Part shown: one piece after another, positions 1-13,761 of the stretch
How the letters are laid out: each line of letters opens with the position of its first letter
Position numbering within the stretch: position 1 is the first letter of the stretch
Assembly: GCA_000934665.2 (NCBI GenBank)
Contig: KZ538111.1
Location: 1 to 64,000 of the forward strand
Origin: Catajapyx aquilonaris
Taxonomy: Eukaryota
Length of the DNA: 64,000 nucleotides
Direction of reading: 5' to 3'
Notes under the pieces: generated by a model
Seen by the model: only the letters and a program-made list of their open reading frames with translations
Databases searched by the model: none
What the model was told of the DNA's origin: nothing
Made by a program: the position numbers and the translations under genes

Positions 1-61
1 CCTAATGCTGTAGGCCGTACGGTGCGGGAGGAGTTTCCATGACAGTCGGGTATTAATAATA

Positions 62-274
62 CAGGGTGTGTCAACTTTTTTGTCCCAACAGTTATCGGAA
101 ATATTGCACTAAGCTGCTACTTTGTAAGTGTATGCCACTTCAACCTAAGATTCGCAGGGTTCGCAGGATTCCCCATTCCTCCGACAAATCGGTTGCAAGT
201 CACTGCTTACAAAGTAGCAGCTTATAGTGCAATATTTCTGATAACTGTTCGGACAAAAAAGTTGACACACCCTG
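62..274. mobile_element. MITE family B (CAGGGTG termini, TA flanks; Tc1/mariner-type non-autonomous), copy 1
   Basis: ~65-bp terminal inverted repeats (CAGGGTGTGTCAACTTTTTTGTCC... / ...GGACAAAAAAGTTGACACACCCTG) with TA on both sides. A second copy lies at 24610-24811. Confidence 0.85.
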
Positions 275-1539
275 TATAGATTCGCTACGTGCGCCCAGGG
301 TGTAAAATATTATTTTCCATTTTGAAGCTATTTTATTCACACTCCATCAGATTTATTTACCTATCTGACCTAACATGCGTTCATAGTAAATATTTTTATG
401 CATTTAGCGTGTTCACTGTGGTTGTTGACTTACCCAAAACTTGTTGTGCTAGCAAATGATGGGTATGAAATTGGCTGTGTTTTACAGATGATTTGTGAAT
501 CACCCTGTACGTGTTGTATACTCATATAAAAATGTTTGGCATGTTATGCACACAACGCCCTTCCTATCACGTCCCACCTTTTACTTTTTTTTTTCTGTCC
601 GGATCGGAGTAAGGTGCCCGGAACTCCCCAACAATGATCGATCTGATTGGTCGGAAGTCCATTACAGACCTGCTAGATTCCAGAATATATATTTTTTTCG
701 TGGGTGCCGATATTTTGGCGGATATCGCTCAACTCTCGCAATTTACGAGCCTCTCTAGCCCACTTTTACAGTACACGTAGGCATATTATGATTCAACTAC
801 CCATCGCTTATTTATTGCCGCAGCGATTCAAGTGCAGCAAGTATGTTGTGCGAAAGTGCAGACTAGTGCGAAATTTATGCCTCGCGTTTTCGTCTGCTTT
901 TTTTTTTCTGGCCTCACCCTGTACGTTCCGAGGGTGAACGTTTCTTGATGGGAAGGGTAGAGTACGAATGGAATTTCAATTTCCCGCGAAGCAGAAGTCG
1001 GATCCGTTAGGCAATCATTCCCAGCATCCTCTCGACCCATTACTTTCATCCTCAAGTCAACATCACTCCACCCCTCTCCATTTATATCTGGAAAACAAAT
1101 TAACAGCATCTGGATCCTGCCTCGTATGATGAATGGCATTTAAAATTATATCTCCAGCTGGTTTTATAGGAGCTATATCCGGCATTACTTATTGGGGATT
1201 AAGGAAAAGTTCAGGAGCTTTAGTAAACATAGGAAAATCCAGGGGTAATATTTGGTAGCGTCAATAAGTCACGGATCAGCTCGAAATTTGCAATAATGGT
1301 GACATCCCTATCCGCAAGATGGGGTGAGTTGCGAGTTGGCAGTTTTGCCTAGAGATGGCGTGGATTCGTGGAGTAGTCGCTGAAGTAGTCGTGAGACGGC
1401 TGAAGACGAGGCTAACAACCGTGGCATTCTTGGAGCACGATCACTACCCTGAGTGAACCCTCGGGGTCAGATTTCGCCGTATTCAAGTGGGCTAGCGTAG
1501 GTTAACGCGCCACCACAGACGGCTTTTTGGTGGTGGCTT

Positions 1540-1710
1540 GGGGCAGTGGCTGTGTCGCAAAAACGGAGCAGGCAGGGTGAAGGATAAGCGTGTATCCGCT
1601 GAAGATAGGTCTGTATCTGCAAGGAAGGAAGGTTAGGTTAGGTTGCGGTACAGCATACCCCTTCCCAAATCCAAAAAACATCCTTGCGTTTGCGACACAG
1701 CCACTGCCCC
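1540..1710. mobile_element. Short TIR element with an internal AGGTTAGGTTAGGTT core
   Basis: Perfect 22-bp TIR GGGGCAGTGGCTGTGTCGCAAA / TTTGCGACACAGCCACTGCCCC. The internal ~1590-1662 segment is similar to ~33688-33760. Confidence 0.7.
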
Positions 1711-1880
1711 CGTCCACTACTCGACTTTTTCGGTGTTCCCTACTCCTTCCTTCAAGTGTAATAGAACTCATTTTTAGCTGCAAAATTGCAAACTGTTGGG
1801 TTAATTATGCGATGGCTTTTATTTATTGGGAGCACGTTAGAATTGCTCTTGGTCATTAATAAAATGTTTTATTTTTACAG

Positions 1881-1942
1881 TGCGGCGTGGTGCTGGCATG
1901 ATGAGGAACACAGCAACAATGAAGACTTGGAAATAGCCGAAG
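1881..1942 (+). other. Candidate 62-nt internal exon (possibly a distal upstream elav exon)
   Basis: Acceptor TTTTATTTTTACAG and consensus donor AAG|GTGAGT. One frame is open (AAWCWHDEEHSNNEDLEIAE) and ends in phase 1. Confidence 0.5.
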
Positions 1943-3457
1943 GTGAGTGTGCACCAGCGCCATTATCCCCGGTTTTGGAAATTAAGGAAAGCACTTCAAT
2001 TACGTCAGAGAATACAAGCGGCGGTTAGCTGCAGGTACCGCAGGGCCAAATCCAAGTTAAGTGCGCTTCGAAGTATTAAGTGGAGCACACTTGGTTAAAA
2101 ACAAGGCTTCTTCACCTACCGGTGAAGTGGGGATTGGGATTTCAGTAGCGCAACAGTGTATTTTTACAAAAGGGCCTATATACCTGCGGTGGATTTTTGC
2201 ATGCCCTAGTTCACAAGCGAATACAGCGTGTACGCGCTATAGGTACGATAGCCTGAAATAACCAGCCTGAGATAATTTGCTGTTGATGCTGGTCGAGTAA
2301 TAACGTTAACGACCTGTTTGACTTTCTTAATAAAAGGGGGAATATGAATTTTTGAAAATGATATGAGATAATACAGATAGCATTTAATTCGATGAAAAGG
2401 GATCCGGATATACCACATAGCAGTCAGTTTCACTGTATTTGTGACATTTTTCAACTAATCGTGAAAGGAGCCATTTTTATGTCATATTCAGTCACCTTTG
2501 ATAGCCTGCGATTTATGACGTAAGCGGCCCAGTTTGATGCAATTAAACTACATAGCACTGAAAGGACTTATCATGAACGGAGTATATAATGCAATGCTGT
2601 GGCCCGCTTTGCCTAAAATTGGTCAAAAAAGTCACTCACAACTGCTATTCGACCATGTTCAGTTCAGCCCTTTAATTTCATTACCATATAGCCTATTACC
2701 TTGATGAAACGCTAGTTACACACAGAATCGGATATGTTCGAAGATACTAATGGTTAAAATCTCTTGGCCAGGCCAAAAAGCTTGTCAGCTGGGCCTAATT
2801 TTCAAACGGGAGATTAATCGTACTTTGTGCATGCAAAATCGCATTGAGCATGCCGTAGAACAGTTTTTGGAACCCCCCCCCCCCCCCCTTTTTTTTTGCA
2901 TTTTACCCGGGCATTGGGAAAAGGGATTGCAGGAAAATGGAGAGCAAGCAGCTTATAGAGAGAAAGAGGTTGGAGGACTCAATTTCCTCGAATGGTCCCA
3001 GTTTGGCGATTCGGGTTTGATTCCAGTCCCGAGCACGCCTTCCTTCATGTCTCCCTCAGGAATGGACCAAAGAATCCTATTGGATGCTGCTCTCGGCCTC
3101 CCCTCCACGTCCTATCCTCCCTCCCCTTGCACTATGCCTATATCTATGTACAACCTCTTCCTATCCTCCCCTTCTCTTGACAGGGAATGGAGGAGGGGGG
3201 GGGGGGGGATGTGCTTTCCTTTTTTTGAGAGGAGATTTCTCTTTTGAGCCCAGTGATGCATCATAACGGTTGGCATACTCGGGGGACAGGCCGTAATGAT
3301 TTTAAAACTCGCTCTTAAAAGTTTTTGAAAATGGAGCTGTATATGGTAGGTCTACAGTTCAGATAGGGAGGTGGAGGTCAATTTCGTTATTTGGTACACA
3401 AGGGACTTTTAGAGACTTTTTTCATATAGCCATGAAGCAATAAACTGCATGAAAATA

Positions 3458-3732
3458 CAGGGTGTTAATCCTAAGCGTGTCACCAGAAAAGGTGGTGGTA
3501 GAGGGCGCAGGTGTGAGCATTTTTGGATAAGGAACTAGGAGTCGGAAACGCACCCTCACAGAGTTACGCCCCTTTGAAGTTTGCTGCAGGCAGTGTGCAA
3601 GAGGCGTGCGGCACGCGGCGGAGTGACTCGGTGAGGGCGCGTTTCCGACCCCTAATTCCTTATGCAAAAATGCTCACACCTGCGCCCTCTACCACCACCT
3701 TTTCTGGTGACACGCTTAGGATTAACACCCTG
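3458..3732. mobile_element. MITE family C (CAGGGTG termini, long TIRs)
   Basis: ~105-bp inverted arms, the outer ~65 bp perfect (CAGGGTGTTAATCCTAAGCGTGTCACCAGAAAAGGTGGTGG...). Left flank TA, right flank TG. Confidence 0.85.
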
Positions 3733-5655
3733 TGCACAGAAACGTGCAGTGGACGTGTGAAGGTGACCTTACTTGGCCGAGAAGAAATGGGGTTGTGAGG
3801 CGTTATTTATAAAGTTCTTGATAAAAGAAGGGACAATGCCATCCGACGACCATCAAAGTGTCAGGTGTCTGTTTACTACAGAAGATGTGGCCTGGATCGT
3901 TCTCCCAGCGATTCAAGTTCTCTGGTTAATAGGAGAATTGTCCCTTCCGTTGGTACACAACTCGAACTGACCTCATACAAAAGGTGATGATCCTGAATGG
4001 TGGTCAAGACGCTTTCCACAGAAATGCCAACTGTCAGTGCAATCAAACAAATCTGGCCACAGTACTGGATGGCTCATTTTTTTTTGTAAAATTTAATCAG
4101 AAGTATAGAAATAATGTATTCACGTTTATTTTCATGTGCGTAGTAGGTACTCTACATTGCTTGATAGTCAGCAAAAGAAAACCTGTTGAACGTCCCTCGC
4201 AGTTCATGATATATTTAGAAGGAAACCGCATGGGATAGTGTGCTCAAATCTAATGCTCATTCGAACAGAGGTTGGTACCAGCTCTTGTTGGTACTAATGT
4301 GGCTTGCCTTTCAGTGTTAGGTGTATTGCTGATAATTTTGAAAGTCATTGTTGCCAATGAGATGTGACAGATAAATAACGGTTATTTCACAACCCGTATA
4401 GGCAATTGTTGAAGCACTTTATTGTGATTTGCTTTTAGGTCGTTCCATAAATCTTTGTTGCCTAAAACTGAACCTCGCATCATTGATAATTACGTAGCCT
4501 AATACTTTTTTGGACACTGTCGCATCACTTCAAATGAGGCATTACAATGGAATACTTCATATGAAAATATCAGTTTTGATGAACAATATGTTACTAAAAA
4601 TATACGCTGCCGTCTAGATGCCACCAAAATTAAAAGTATCGCAAATACCTAGCACCATTGTGACCATTTGACACGCTGGTTTGCAATTCAAGGTTTCACT
4701 TTTTTCACAACAGCAACGCACTACCATATGAATCTGCAGTAGTTATGATTTTGGAGTCGAATAATGGGCAAATAAAAAAATTTCACACTGAGGAAACTGT
4801 ATAAGAATGTAGCTGTAATCACCGTTGACATATGACATGTTTATGAGGTAGGCCTGTTGCACATTGCGTCATTTCTTCATGAGAGCAAGTAATTAACTAG
4901 CATTTCACATGCAGAGTATGGAGCAGCATCAGGAGCCCCATTATTGGCAATAATTAATTGATGGCAAGGTTTCATTTTGGATGGCATCATAATGCTCCGC
5001 GCAGCTCATTAATGAATAATGTATGCGAGCACGTAACCTTAGGCAAATTCATATCCTACTTCTTGCAATGAAGGGGAATTGGAGTGCACCATGTTCATTT
5101 TTTTGGATTGCTCACTGACCTCGATAATACATACGCAGAGGGAATATTGCGGACCTTTTTAGCATTGCAATATTAAATTGTAACGCTACGCATGGTAATT
5201 GCGTTAAATTTAAAGAGTGGAACCAGGCATTGTTCTTCTATGTTGAGGCGGCCATCTTGCAGTGTACGCAGTGTTAAATTATTGCGTTTTTTTGTTTTGA
5301 CAAGTTTTATTGTATTGCCGTAAACTGTGATATCTTAGCTATTTTTTCTATCATCTCTCGATCATAGTTTTACATTTTTCGTGCGATGTATGAAAAATTG
5401 CCTGCAAACTGTCAATATTTCCTGCGCTTGCCCGGCGAAATTTCAACCTTTGCGTTTTGGTTCACCCTGCCACGACTCGGTATTCATTTTCGCTCTTTGA
5501 TTCGCCACGAATTCAGCCACGTAAATGGGATATCTGAAAATCGCGCTGGTTGATGTGCTCGTGGATTCTGCCCACATTGCCTACTCCCCTATTAATAATT
5601 TCATACGTATTAATTTACCCGTGGGCCGTGAGTTCTGCTGTAGCATATACCGGTA

Positions 5656-5888
5656 CAGTGCTGGACATTAATTCCGTCATACTGCTAGCGACATTTTCTG
5701 ATGCGGCAGATAGAGTGTGAGCCGTGTGAGTAAGAAGAGGTAGGCCATGAGTGACGTCACCGGCTGGGGGGCAATGGAGAAAAGGTTTGTCCCCAGCCAG
5801 TGACGTCACCCAAGGGCTACCATTTCTTACTCGCCCGGCTTCGATGAGCACTTCTGCCGCATCAGAAAATGTCGCTAGCAGTATGTCC
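5656..5888. mobile_element. MITE family A copy 1 (right end truncated)
   Basis: TA|CAGTGCTGGACATTAATTCCGTCATACTGCTAGCGACATTTTC... with an inverted right arm and two GTGACGTCAC motifs around a spacer. Confidence 0.9.
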
Positions 5889-6619
5889 TAAAATTAATCA
5901 GTCTGCAATATGATACTTTCTTGGTCAGGATTGGTCTTGTCATCGCAGCGCTTGAATGACAATATCGCATATCGTCTAATGTTGATGAGGGGAAGCTTGC
6001 TTCGAGTATCTAGGCCAATTTCCCTCGGAAAAGTCTCGTCTGCCTAGGGCTGCATAGAATCGTGTCCTATAAAGGGGGGAAATGCGAGACAAGTTTACAT
6101 TTAAACCGAAATAATGCGATAGCCCAGGCAAGCGCCATTTCTGCGCTAAACACCGCACGGGGTCACGCTCGCCTTTGATAACGTTGCCCTCCGCGACAGA
6201 AAACACTCATTATGCGCAGCGCCATTAGTCCTCCTGGCGGATGCAGGCAGATTCCGAGACGATGCGGAATGCAGTGTATCGCATTTATTAGTGACAAGCA
6301 GCACGACTTGATGACCTTCCCCCTTTTGTTGAATCCGGGATCCCCCTCCCCTGTATACGGATGTCTTTGCCATGAATAGAGCCGAGAAATGGAGGACAAT
6401 TTAGCAAGACAGGACGGAAACGCCGCTGGCATGGGTTCCCCCCAGTCACTGATTGGTCCATCCGTCAGTCAGGGTTATCAGACGGAGCGGGAAATCCGCG
6501 GCAGCGAGTTGCCAGGTCAGCGAGCAGCGGTTTTATGAATGGGCGGGAATAGTCCGGGCGATTTGGCAAGGAGTAGGGGGGGACTATGCGGTTTGGAGGT
6601 AGTGGATAGGGGGGGGGGG

Positions 6620-6780
6620 NNNNNNNNNNNNNNNNNNNNNNNNNNNNNNNNNNNNNNNNNNNNNNNNNNNNNNNNNNNNNNNNNNNNNNNNNNNNNNNNN
6701 NNNNNNNNNNNNNNNNNNNNNNNNNNNNNNNNNNNNNNNNNNNNNNNNNNNNNNNNNNNNNNNNNNNNNNNNNNNNNNNN
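6620..6780. other. Assembly gap (N run) flanked by poly-G
   Basis: Run of N between two G homopolymers. Confidence 0.98.
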
Positions 6781-8923
6781 AGTCCAGGGGGGGGGGCAAT
6801 CCGCAAAACCTGCATGTTCAGCTTCTCACACTGGCGGAATAGTGATAGGGTTACAAAACGGCCGCAAAAAAGCGCTACAAATTTTTTGGAGCGGTTACCA
6901 ACTTTGGAGGGCTACTTAACCAGGTTACCACTTACTGGCATTTTATTTTTGTACCAACTTTAATGACAGCTTGTTCGCACTAGTAAGTTAGGTAGGCCTG
7001 TTGCTTACTCTTAGGCCCGGGCTGATCAGTAAGTATCCCGGAAGCGACGAAAGGGACATCCAGTGCGAAGGAGAATGACTTAAGCCGAAGAAAGCCTCTT
7101 GGGACCTAAGGAAGCGCTGTAAGTGGCGCCCAGCTCCTTCCGCCTCTCCTCTTCAACATCCCCCCCCTCCCCCTCTTCTGAATTATTAACTGGGCTTCAT
7201 TACTCTCGCATACCCGCCTCTATTCTCTCCTCGCCCATTCCCACCACCAACTCATATTTATGCCAACAGGAGCCCTCATTAGCTACAATAGGTGGCGCCA
7301 AAGTAGCCAGCAGCCTCAATTTTCCTGGGTGCGCTCTTTAGGTGACAAGGTGTAATATCGAGTCCTCAATAATTGAGCGGTCAAAAACCGTGGGTTTTTA
7401 AAGGGGGTGAGACAATGGGGAGGGTTGCTGACCCCGCAACAGGTGAGGGGCAGGTAAACGGCCTTTTTTTGCGTCGTAGCTACCATTACCGGTACTGTAC
7501 AGTTGTTGCTGATTAGAGGGAGGCAATTATTTAATTTGCACTGATGCGGCGAGGTGTGTAGAATGGTGGGGGGTTTCGGAGCGAGCTGGGGTGGAATGAA
7601 CCCGTGCCTGGGCAACCTACACTTATGCTATATGCTTTTTGGGACGTAGCTATATAACTGTTGGTGATGAGGGTATTATCTGCGTGATAAACGTGATGGG
7701 ACCTTATGGAGGCCAAGGATGACCTCGGAGGTCAAGTCCAATGTGGTAAAAACCTTCCCCGTTAAAAACTACCCCTAATTATCACCCTGGGGCATACATC
7801 GAGGCCTCCGTATTGATTTGAATTGGGAACATACGTACGTTGTGAAATATGTATTAGATGAAAATGTACTTGGTAGATGTCTTGCTATTTCAGCATACTA
7901 TGGACAGAGGGCATTTTTATCTCCCGTTCAACCCATGACTGCGTAATTTTGACTCGCCTGTTTTGGGAACAGTAACTGACATAGTGAGTGGTGCTTGCTA
8001 TTGAAATTCAGTCTTTGTGGTTCATAGTCCTTTGGAAATAGCACGTAAAAAATTTGAAATATGGGATGACACCGTGCAATAGAGCCGCTCTCCAATAAAT
8101 TGATTTTTAAAAACTGTCAGCTGCCTGACGTGCGCGAAACCTGGGAGGAAAAAAAAAAGTGAATGAAAATGGGATGGGTATGAATTGACTTGTATTAAGG
8201 AATTTTTGTGTGGTTCTTACGACGTCACGTTTTCAAGAAAGTTGAATGAGTTATTGCCAGTTCATAATAATACGAGCCTTACATTTTGAATAGTTCATGA
8301 ATATACGGCAATTTAAGAGCGATTCTTTAAAAAATGGGGGGTAAAACCTCGAATTGAGCTAGTTTAGCAAAAGCACTCCCAATCAAGTTGAGTGGTACAA
8401 AACCGCTGCGTTTCATGGTTGTTTTTTCAGAAGAGCTGCTGTAATGATTGCACGATTTTATTAAAATGGTAATACAGGTGCAGGTTTTTGCACGGAAAGT
8501 GGTTTTACATTTCAATATATTTTTTCGCTTCTAATGCGAATTTAGACTAGTTTATGAAGTACTCACTGGTAAATGAAGCTAGTATGGATGGGGGCGAAAA
8601 TCCGAAACCAAGAGTGACATTCTTCATGGATGGTCCTTTTTTAGAGTTTTTTTTTTCTCTCCATATAACGGAGAGTGGAAATGAGATTGAACCTGGTATC
8701 CCCCTGGATGTAGCTATAAATTGGAGTTGATCTGACCAATCACGACCGTAATAACCCATTTCCTCATAACAGCTTAAAATATCAGAATTGGGTACTTTCG
8801 CTTCTCCCACCTGAAAACTCTGGAAAATAAGTCAACATCGTCATTTTTGCCATTTTTACGGAGGTTCAGTTCTAGTTATAGCAAGGGGTTAACCACTTCG
8901 GTAATCCGGTGAACACCTGCAGT

Positions 8924-9010
8924 GGTACTCCTTGGTACTCCCACTACTCCTTGGTACTCCCAGGTACTTCTTTGTACTCTCATGTACTTCTTCGTACTCT
9001 GGTGTACACT
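8924..9010. repeat. Degenerate 10-bp tandem repeat (GGTACTCCTT-like), ~8 units
   Basis: ggtactcctt ggtactccca ctactcctt ggtactccca ggtacttctt tgtactctca tgtacttctt cgtactct... Confidence 0.85.
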
Positions 9011-12000
9011 CTAGAGTCGAGTGGGTAGCCCCTTGAGTGATAGACCTTATTAGTGAATAGGCATATACTTTGACCTATTTTGGCTCGAAGTAGTAGTATA
9101 GAAGCAGTAATATCAATCCAGAATAAATGCTTCATTATTGGCGACCGCATTAAGCAGCATGAGCGCGCCTACACTTGAATGTAAATTAACAACGATTACG
9201 GTCGGTTATCGAAATCCGATGTGGTCGTGCAGGCCAAACGTTTAAAACATTACACCATTCGGCTCCTCCGGCCGCATTTTCACGCCAATATAAATCGTCC
9301 GTCACCTCGATTTGACATTTTCCAATCAGACATCGGAGCCTAAAGTAAGGCTCACCCCGGCAGCGGTACAACCGGTCCCGTCGGAGTGAATAAACATTCC
9401 TGGACCGGGAGATTGAAAATCCTCCAGAAAGGCGGAAACAAGTCGATGGGATTTGGAATGTAAGAAGAGGTGCGGAAAACGGCGTTCAGCTCGTTTACGT
9501 ATATCGGCGCTGGAGACTTTGGAAGCAATAGCGAAAGGCCTGGGAAAATAAGGCCGAGAGATAGAGTGAGTTAAGTAAGCCCTGAGAGAACATGGGGTCT
9601 GAATGAAGGCGACCATGGCGCATCTGTCCTGCGCATGCCAATTTAGGGCCCGGATGACTCCCAGCCAGAATGGATGGCACCGCCGAGGCCTGGCCCAATC
9701 TTGGCCCTTTATTATACTGCCGCCGGCTGGGGACGTTCAGAGCCTATACGACTCATGGTCTAAAGAAAATACCGTCCCCCCATGTCCCTGCTGGATAAGT
9801 CCGCGTTATGTGCGGACATTAATTCCAATCGCCATTGACGGACTGCGGTCCTGTTGGGGCTGGGAGACACCTTGAGAGCTTGTCGTAACACAGATCCGTT
9901 TTGCGACATTTTTAAATTACATTTAGTGAGGTGGTCCGCCATCCGACCACTACCCGCGTCAACGCCATCATTAGGCAAAACTGCCAACTCGCAACTAACC
10001 CCATCTTGTGGATGCAGCCGTCACAAGTTTCGCTTATGGATAAGCCTGGATGATGTGCGCCATGTTGTACCTCCCGAGCGAGTACAATTTGTCCCCAGGG
10101 ACTTGCTGGATTAGTGACGTTAAATTTAGTATCAGTTCCTATCTGGTACTTGTTGACAAGTTACATCTATTCAGGGTATCAACAGAGGCAAAAATGGCAG
10201 AATCCGGATCGGCTTCCCCCCTGTTCATTTATCCTGGGCTTGTCAGGGGCGTATGGAAACCGCTTGAAGCTTGGCGTACAAACTGTCACGAATTGTCCGG
10301 GAATCCCGGAAGAGCTGTGATGGAGGGGAACCAAAATAACATCAACAGTGTACCCGGGGAGGATGGGGGGGATTATCAAGATTCCATTACGAGGGGGCGG
10401 TTACATGTGTGTTTTTGTCGGAAACATTTGTAAGATTAATGTGATCTCACAGATGGGTATTGTTGTAAATAAGGACTGGAAAGTTTTTTTTTGGGGGGGG
10501 GGGGGGANAGTAATTTTGCAGTTACACCAACCATCCGAGGGGGACATATTTCACGCTTTATAGAATTGTACAGTAGCCTACCCCTGGGCAATGTAGTGCA
10601 AGAGATTATTTTTGTGCCTGTACTGTGATGTCGTGAGAGCATGACATGTGTTATGCGGCGTTGTGTTATGTTGTGTCAGTTCTTCCTTGCAATTTGTGTA
10701 AAATACTGTATATTCTCGGCTAAGAGTCAAGGTTGTAAAAGGCGTATGTTCCAGCCAGCACCCTCCTTTTTTCAACCTTCGATATATGGAATTTTCTGGA
10801 TGGAATATATTATGAAACGTCAAGACAGAAGTTAGTAGATTATTCGATAATTTGGGAAAAAGAATGATATTATCCTACTTGTGAATGTTAAATTTGTGCG
10901 GATGTGAATGTATCTATTGCAATACTTTAACCTGATTTTAAGCACGCTACTAGTGCTCAGATATGAAAATGAAAGGGAATAATTCTGTGATGTACAGTGC
11001 TTTATCCATGCTCACTGCCTGAACTTTGTTCTAGAGCTCTTAAACAGAGCTCAGTACCATAATAATATTTAATCTCAAAATTTGCGTATGTTATGGGCTT
11101 GTAAGTAAAAAGGTAAAAGTAAAATTAACTTATGACTGTTATTAGTATTTGCCTACCATTTAGTTTGGCATCGATGTGAATTACATGTGAGTAATTTTTT
11201 TATTGAAAATGGTAATAATGAATATCGGATGTTTATGTACAAGTATATTCACAGTAATATTGCAGTGGTAGCTATTTTGAGATTTAAAACAGCAATTTTG
11301 CGTAATAATGTGTCCCCGGTTAAAACGCGGCAGTATATGGAGGGATTCACCAAATTACAGTGTCGGATTATTCTAGGAGTCCACAACAGGACTAAACAAT
11401 GTAAATGCTTAAGATAATAGTCTGTGTTGTTTCCTGGTGTATTTCTAAAACGACAACAACCAAGGTATTATGCAGTGAATTTGGCGCATAATTATAATAT
11501 TGCCATGGGGAACGAGGAAAAAAGAACTTGCCTAAAAATATCCTACATGGTGCAGAGATCTCCAGCGGCATAATGTAATTGGTGCTTCGCACTTAAGGCG
11601 GTGCGGTGTCTGAAAATGTAAATATTCATTTGGAGCTCTGAGGTCAGGCCGACTGTGCACTTATTACTACCTATATAATATTTTGCATTTCACGCAGTAC
11701 ATTTCATTTTGCAAATTTTGCATTAATGTAAAATATGATTCCGTTTATTGCAAAACTAACTGTAAGTGCCGCGTTTGTTGTTACGGTATAGTACAATAAA
11801 TTTAATTTGGGGGATGACTCTACTCATAACTTCAGTGACATCAGGGAAAATGCGAAGGCCGTTATGGTGGCAGATATGGTACCTGAGAAAATTATTGCAC
11901 AAGTTTCACCCCGCCTAAGAGGTTAACTAATCATGCTCGGTATTAAATGCAGGCCTTTGTTGCATAGGAGTTGTGTTATGTGAAAAGTGAGGAATGTTTA

Positions 12001-13497
12001 GAAGAATTTAGATTTGCAGCGCATAATTGTGCTGGGCGTCATTAATTGCTACTTTATTACATTTGATTATAAGCTACTGTAACAACTTGATCAGTGACGT
12101 TAATTTTACTGTTTATTGTTACAGTACTTTTAGTTTTGTTTATTGTATTTTCATCCTGACATGTATATGCAACAGCATCCTTGTCGCATATGAAGTATAA
12201 CCGAAAGGCGCAGTATACCGGTACTATATCTTTACGATTCAGGTTCCAAATGTAGCATACTGTATACTGCTGGAATTGCTAAACCTGATAATTATAATTA
12301 GTGACAATATGTGATTGCATGCATGTGCATAATACACACTGATATTAGCCCTCTTTTTGCAGCTGCAGTTCTCCCTTATTTGTACACTGTTGCTAGTTGT
12401 TGAACTGTGTACTTATAGTAAAGGAATATTTGAGGACACGACTGTATGTTATGAATATTTCAGCAGGGACCAGCATCGTATTTGCATAGGAAGCCATGCA
12501 GTGTAACCACTTTTAGGAATATAAGTTATTGTTATAGAGCAGACTACATACCTCGGAAGCCCCACAAGCTGACTTTTGATTAGCCTGAAGCTTTTGTATA
12601 GCTCATGTTTATTATGAGTCACACAGTCACTACTCAAAAGTAATTACATGTTCTCCAGTTCTGCCTCACCCAGTATTTTGCGTAAGCCAGAAAATGTTTT
12701 ATGAACTAATCAAGTGGAGGTGACCGCAAATTTAATATAGCCAGAACAGCACGAGGCTATGAAATCATAAATATTAACCTTTATTAACACTGAATATGCA
12801 GCCAAGCATCTCTCTGTGCCACATGCGTAGATGTGCAATTTTTGCATTACAGCTATTTATTATCCCACAAATACACTCAGAAAATGGACCTGGATACTGT
12901 GTAAGCCCCTTAGGTTTCCATATACGCAGTGGCGGCAACCTGAATGCAAATTTTAAAAGGTTTTGTTTGTTAGTAATAGCACGTATTGTACTCGTCCTTG
13001 TGCCTGTGTGTGCGTTTATGTATGCATATCGTTTGCATGGGGCATGGGTGCGGATGGCTATACATGTGGGGTGTATGTGTGAGGGTATAGTGGGAGGGGG
13101 GCAGGTTTTGCAGCGAACATGGCATAGTTGGTGCGGGATAGCATTGGGGGGGGGGGGGNATATTAAAGGCATTCCTGCAGCCCAGCATCCGGATGATGCA
13201 GGCCCGGCGATCGATCCCCCTCCCCCACAGGATCCACCTGCCCCTTTCCCCCTGCTTCCTTCCATGGCCCCGGGGCTAACTCGGTTGCCCTGCCCACTTG
13301 CCCTACCCTGCCAGATACCAACAATTCGACTTGGTGTATGCGGGAGGTGTACAGGGGGTGTTCGCAAACAAGGCGCAACTCTGATGTTTCGTAAACTAAA
13401 CCTGCGGCACAAGAAGTCAACAGTTAGAGCGACTGAGTTTGGCCAGGGTTTGGCTGTCTCCGCTTGGGGTGCTGGGTGTAGGATGAGCCTAGTATCG

Positions 13498-13761
13498 AAT
13501 CGCGTCATACTGCTAGCGACATTTTTCGATGCGGAAGACGTGCCAATTGAAGTGATAGAGTGCGAGCCATGTGAGAAAGAACTGGTAGGCCTTGGGTGAC
13601 GTCACCGGTTGGGGACAAGCCCTTTTCTCCATTGCCCCCCCCCCNCAGCCGGTGACGTCACCCAAGGCCTACCTCTTCTGATTCGCATGGCTCGTACTTC
13701 GATTTGCACATCTACCGCATCGAAATATGTCGCTGGCGGTATGACGCGATTAATGTCCAAC
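13498..13761. mobile_element. MITE family A copy 2 (spacer reversed, outer ends eroded)
   Basis: AATCGCGTCATACTGCTAGCGACATT... / ...ATGACGCGATTAATGTCCAAC, with two GTGACGTCAC. Confidence 0.9.

Noticed and set aside
296..507. CAGGGTG...CACCCTG pair, plus lone TCACCCTGTA ends near 56592 and 57614
   Set aside because: Matches of 7-10 bp without supporting arms or both TA flanks; probably old MITE debris, but boundaries cannot be supported.
12774..13599. Longest ORFs in the track (244 aa minus, 267 aa plus)
   Set aside because: Overlapping antisense ORFs across G/C-rich low-complexity DNA and MITE A copy 2, with no recognisable domain.
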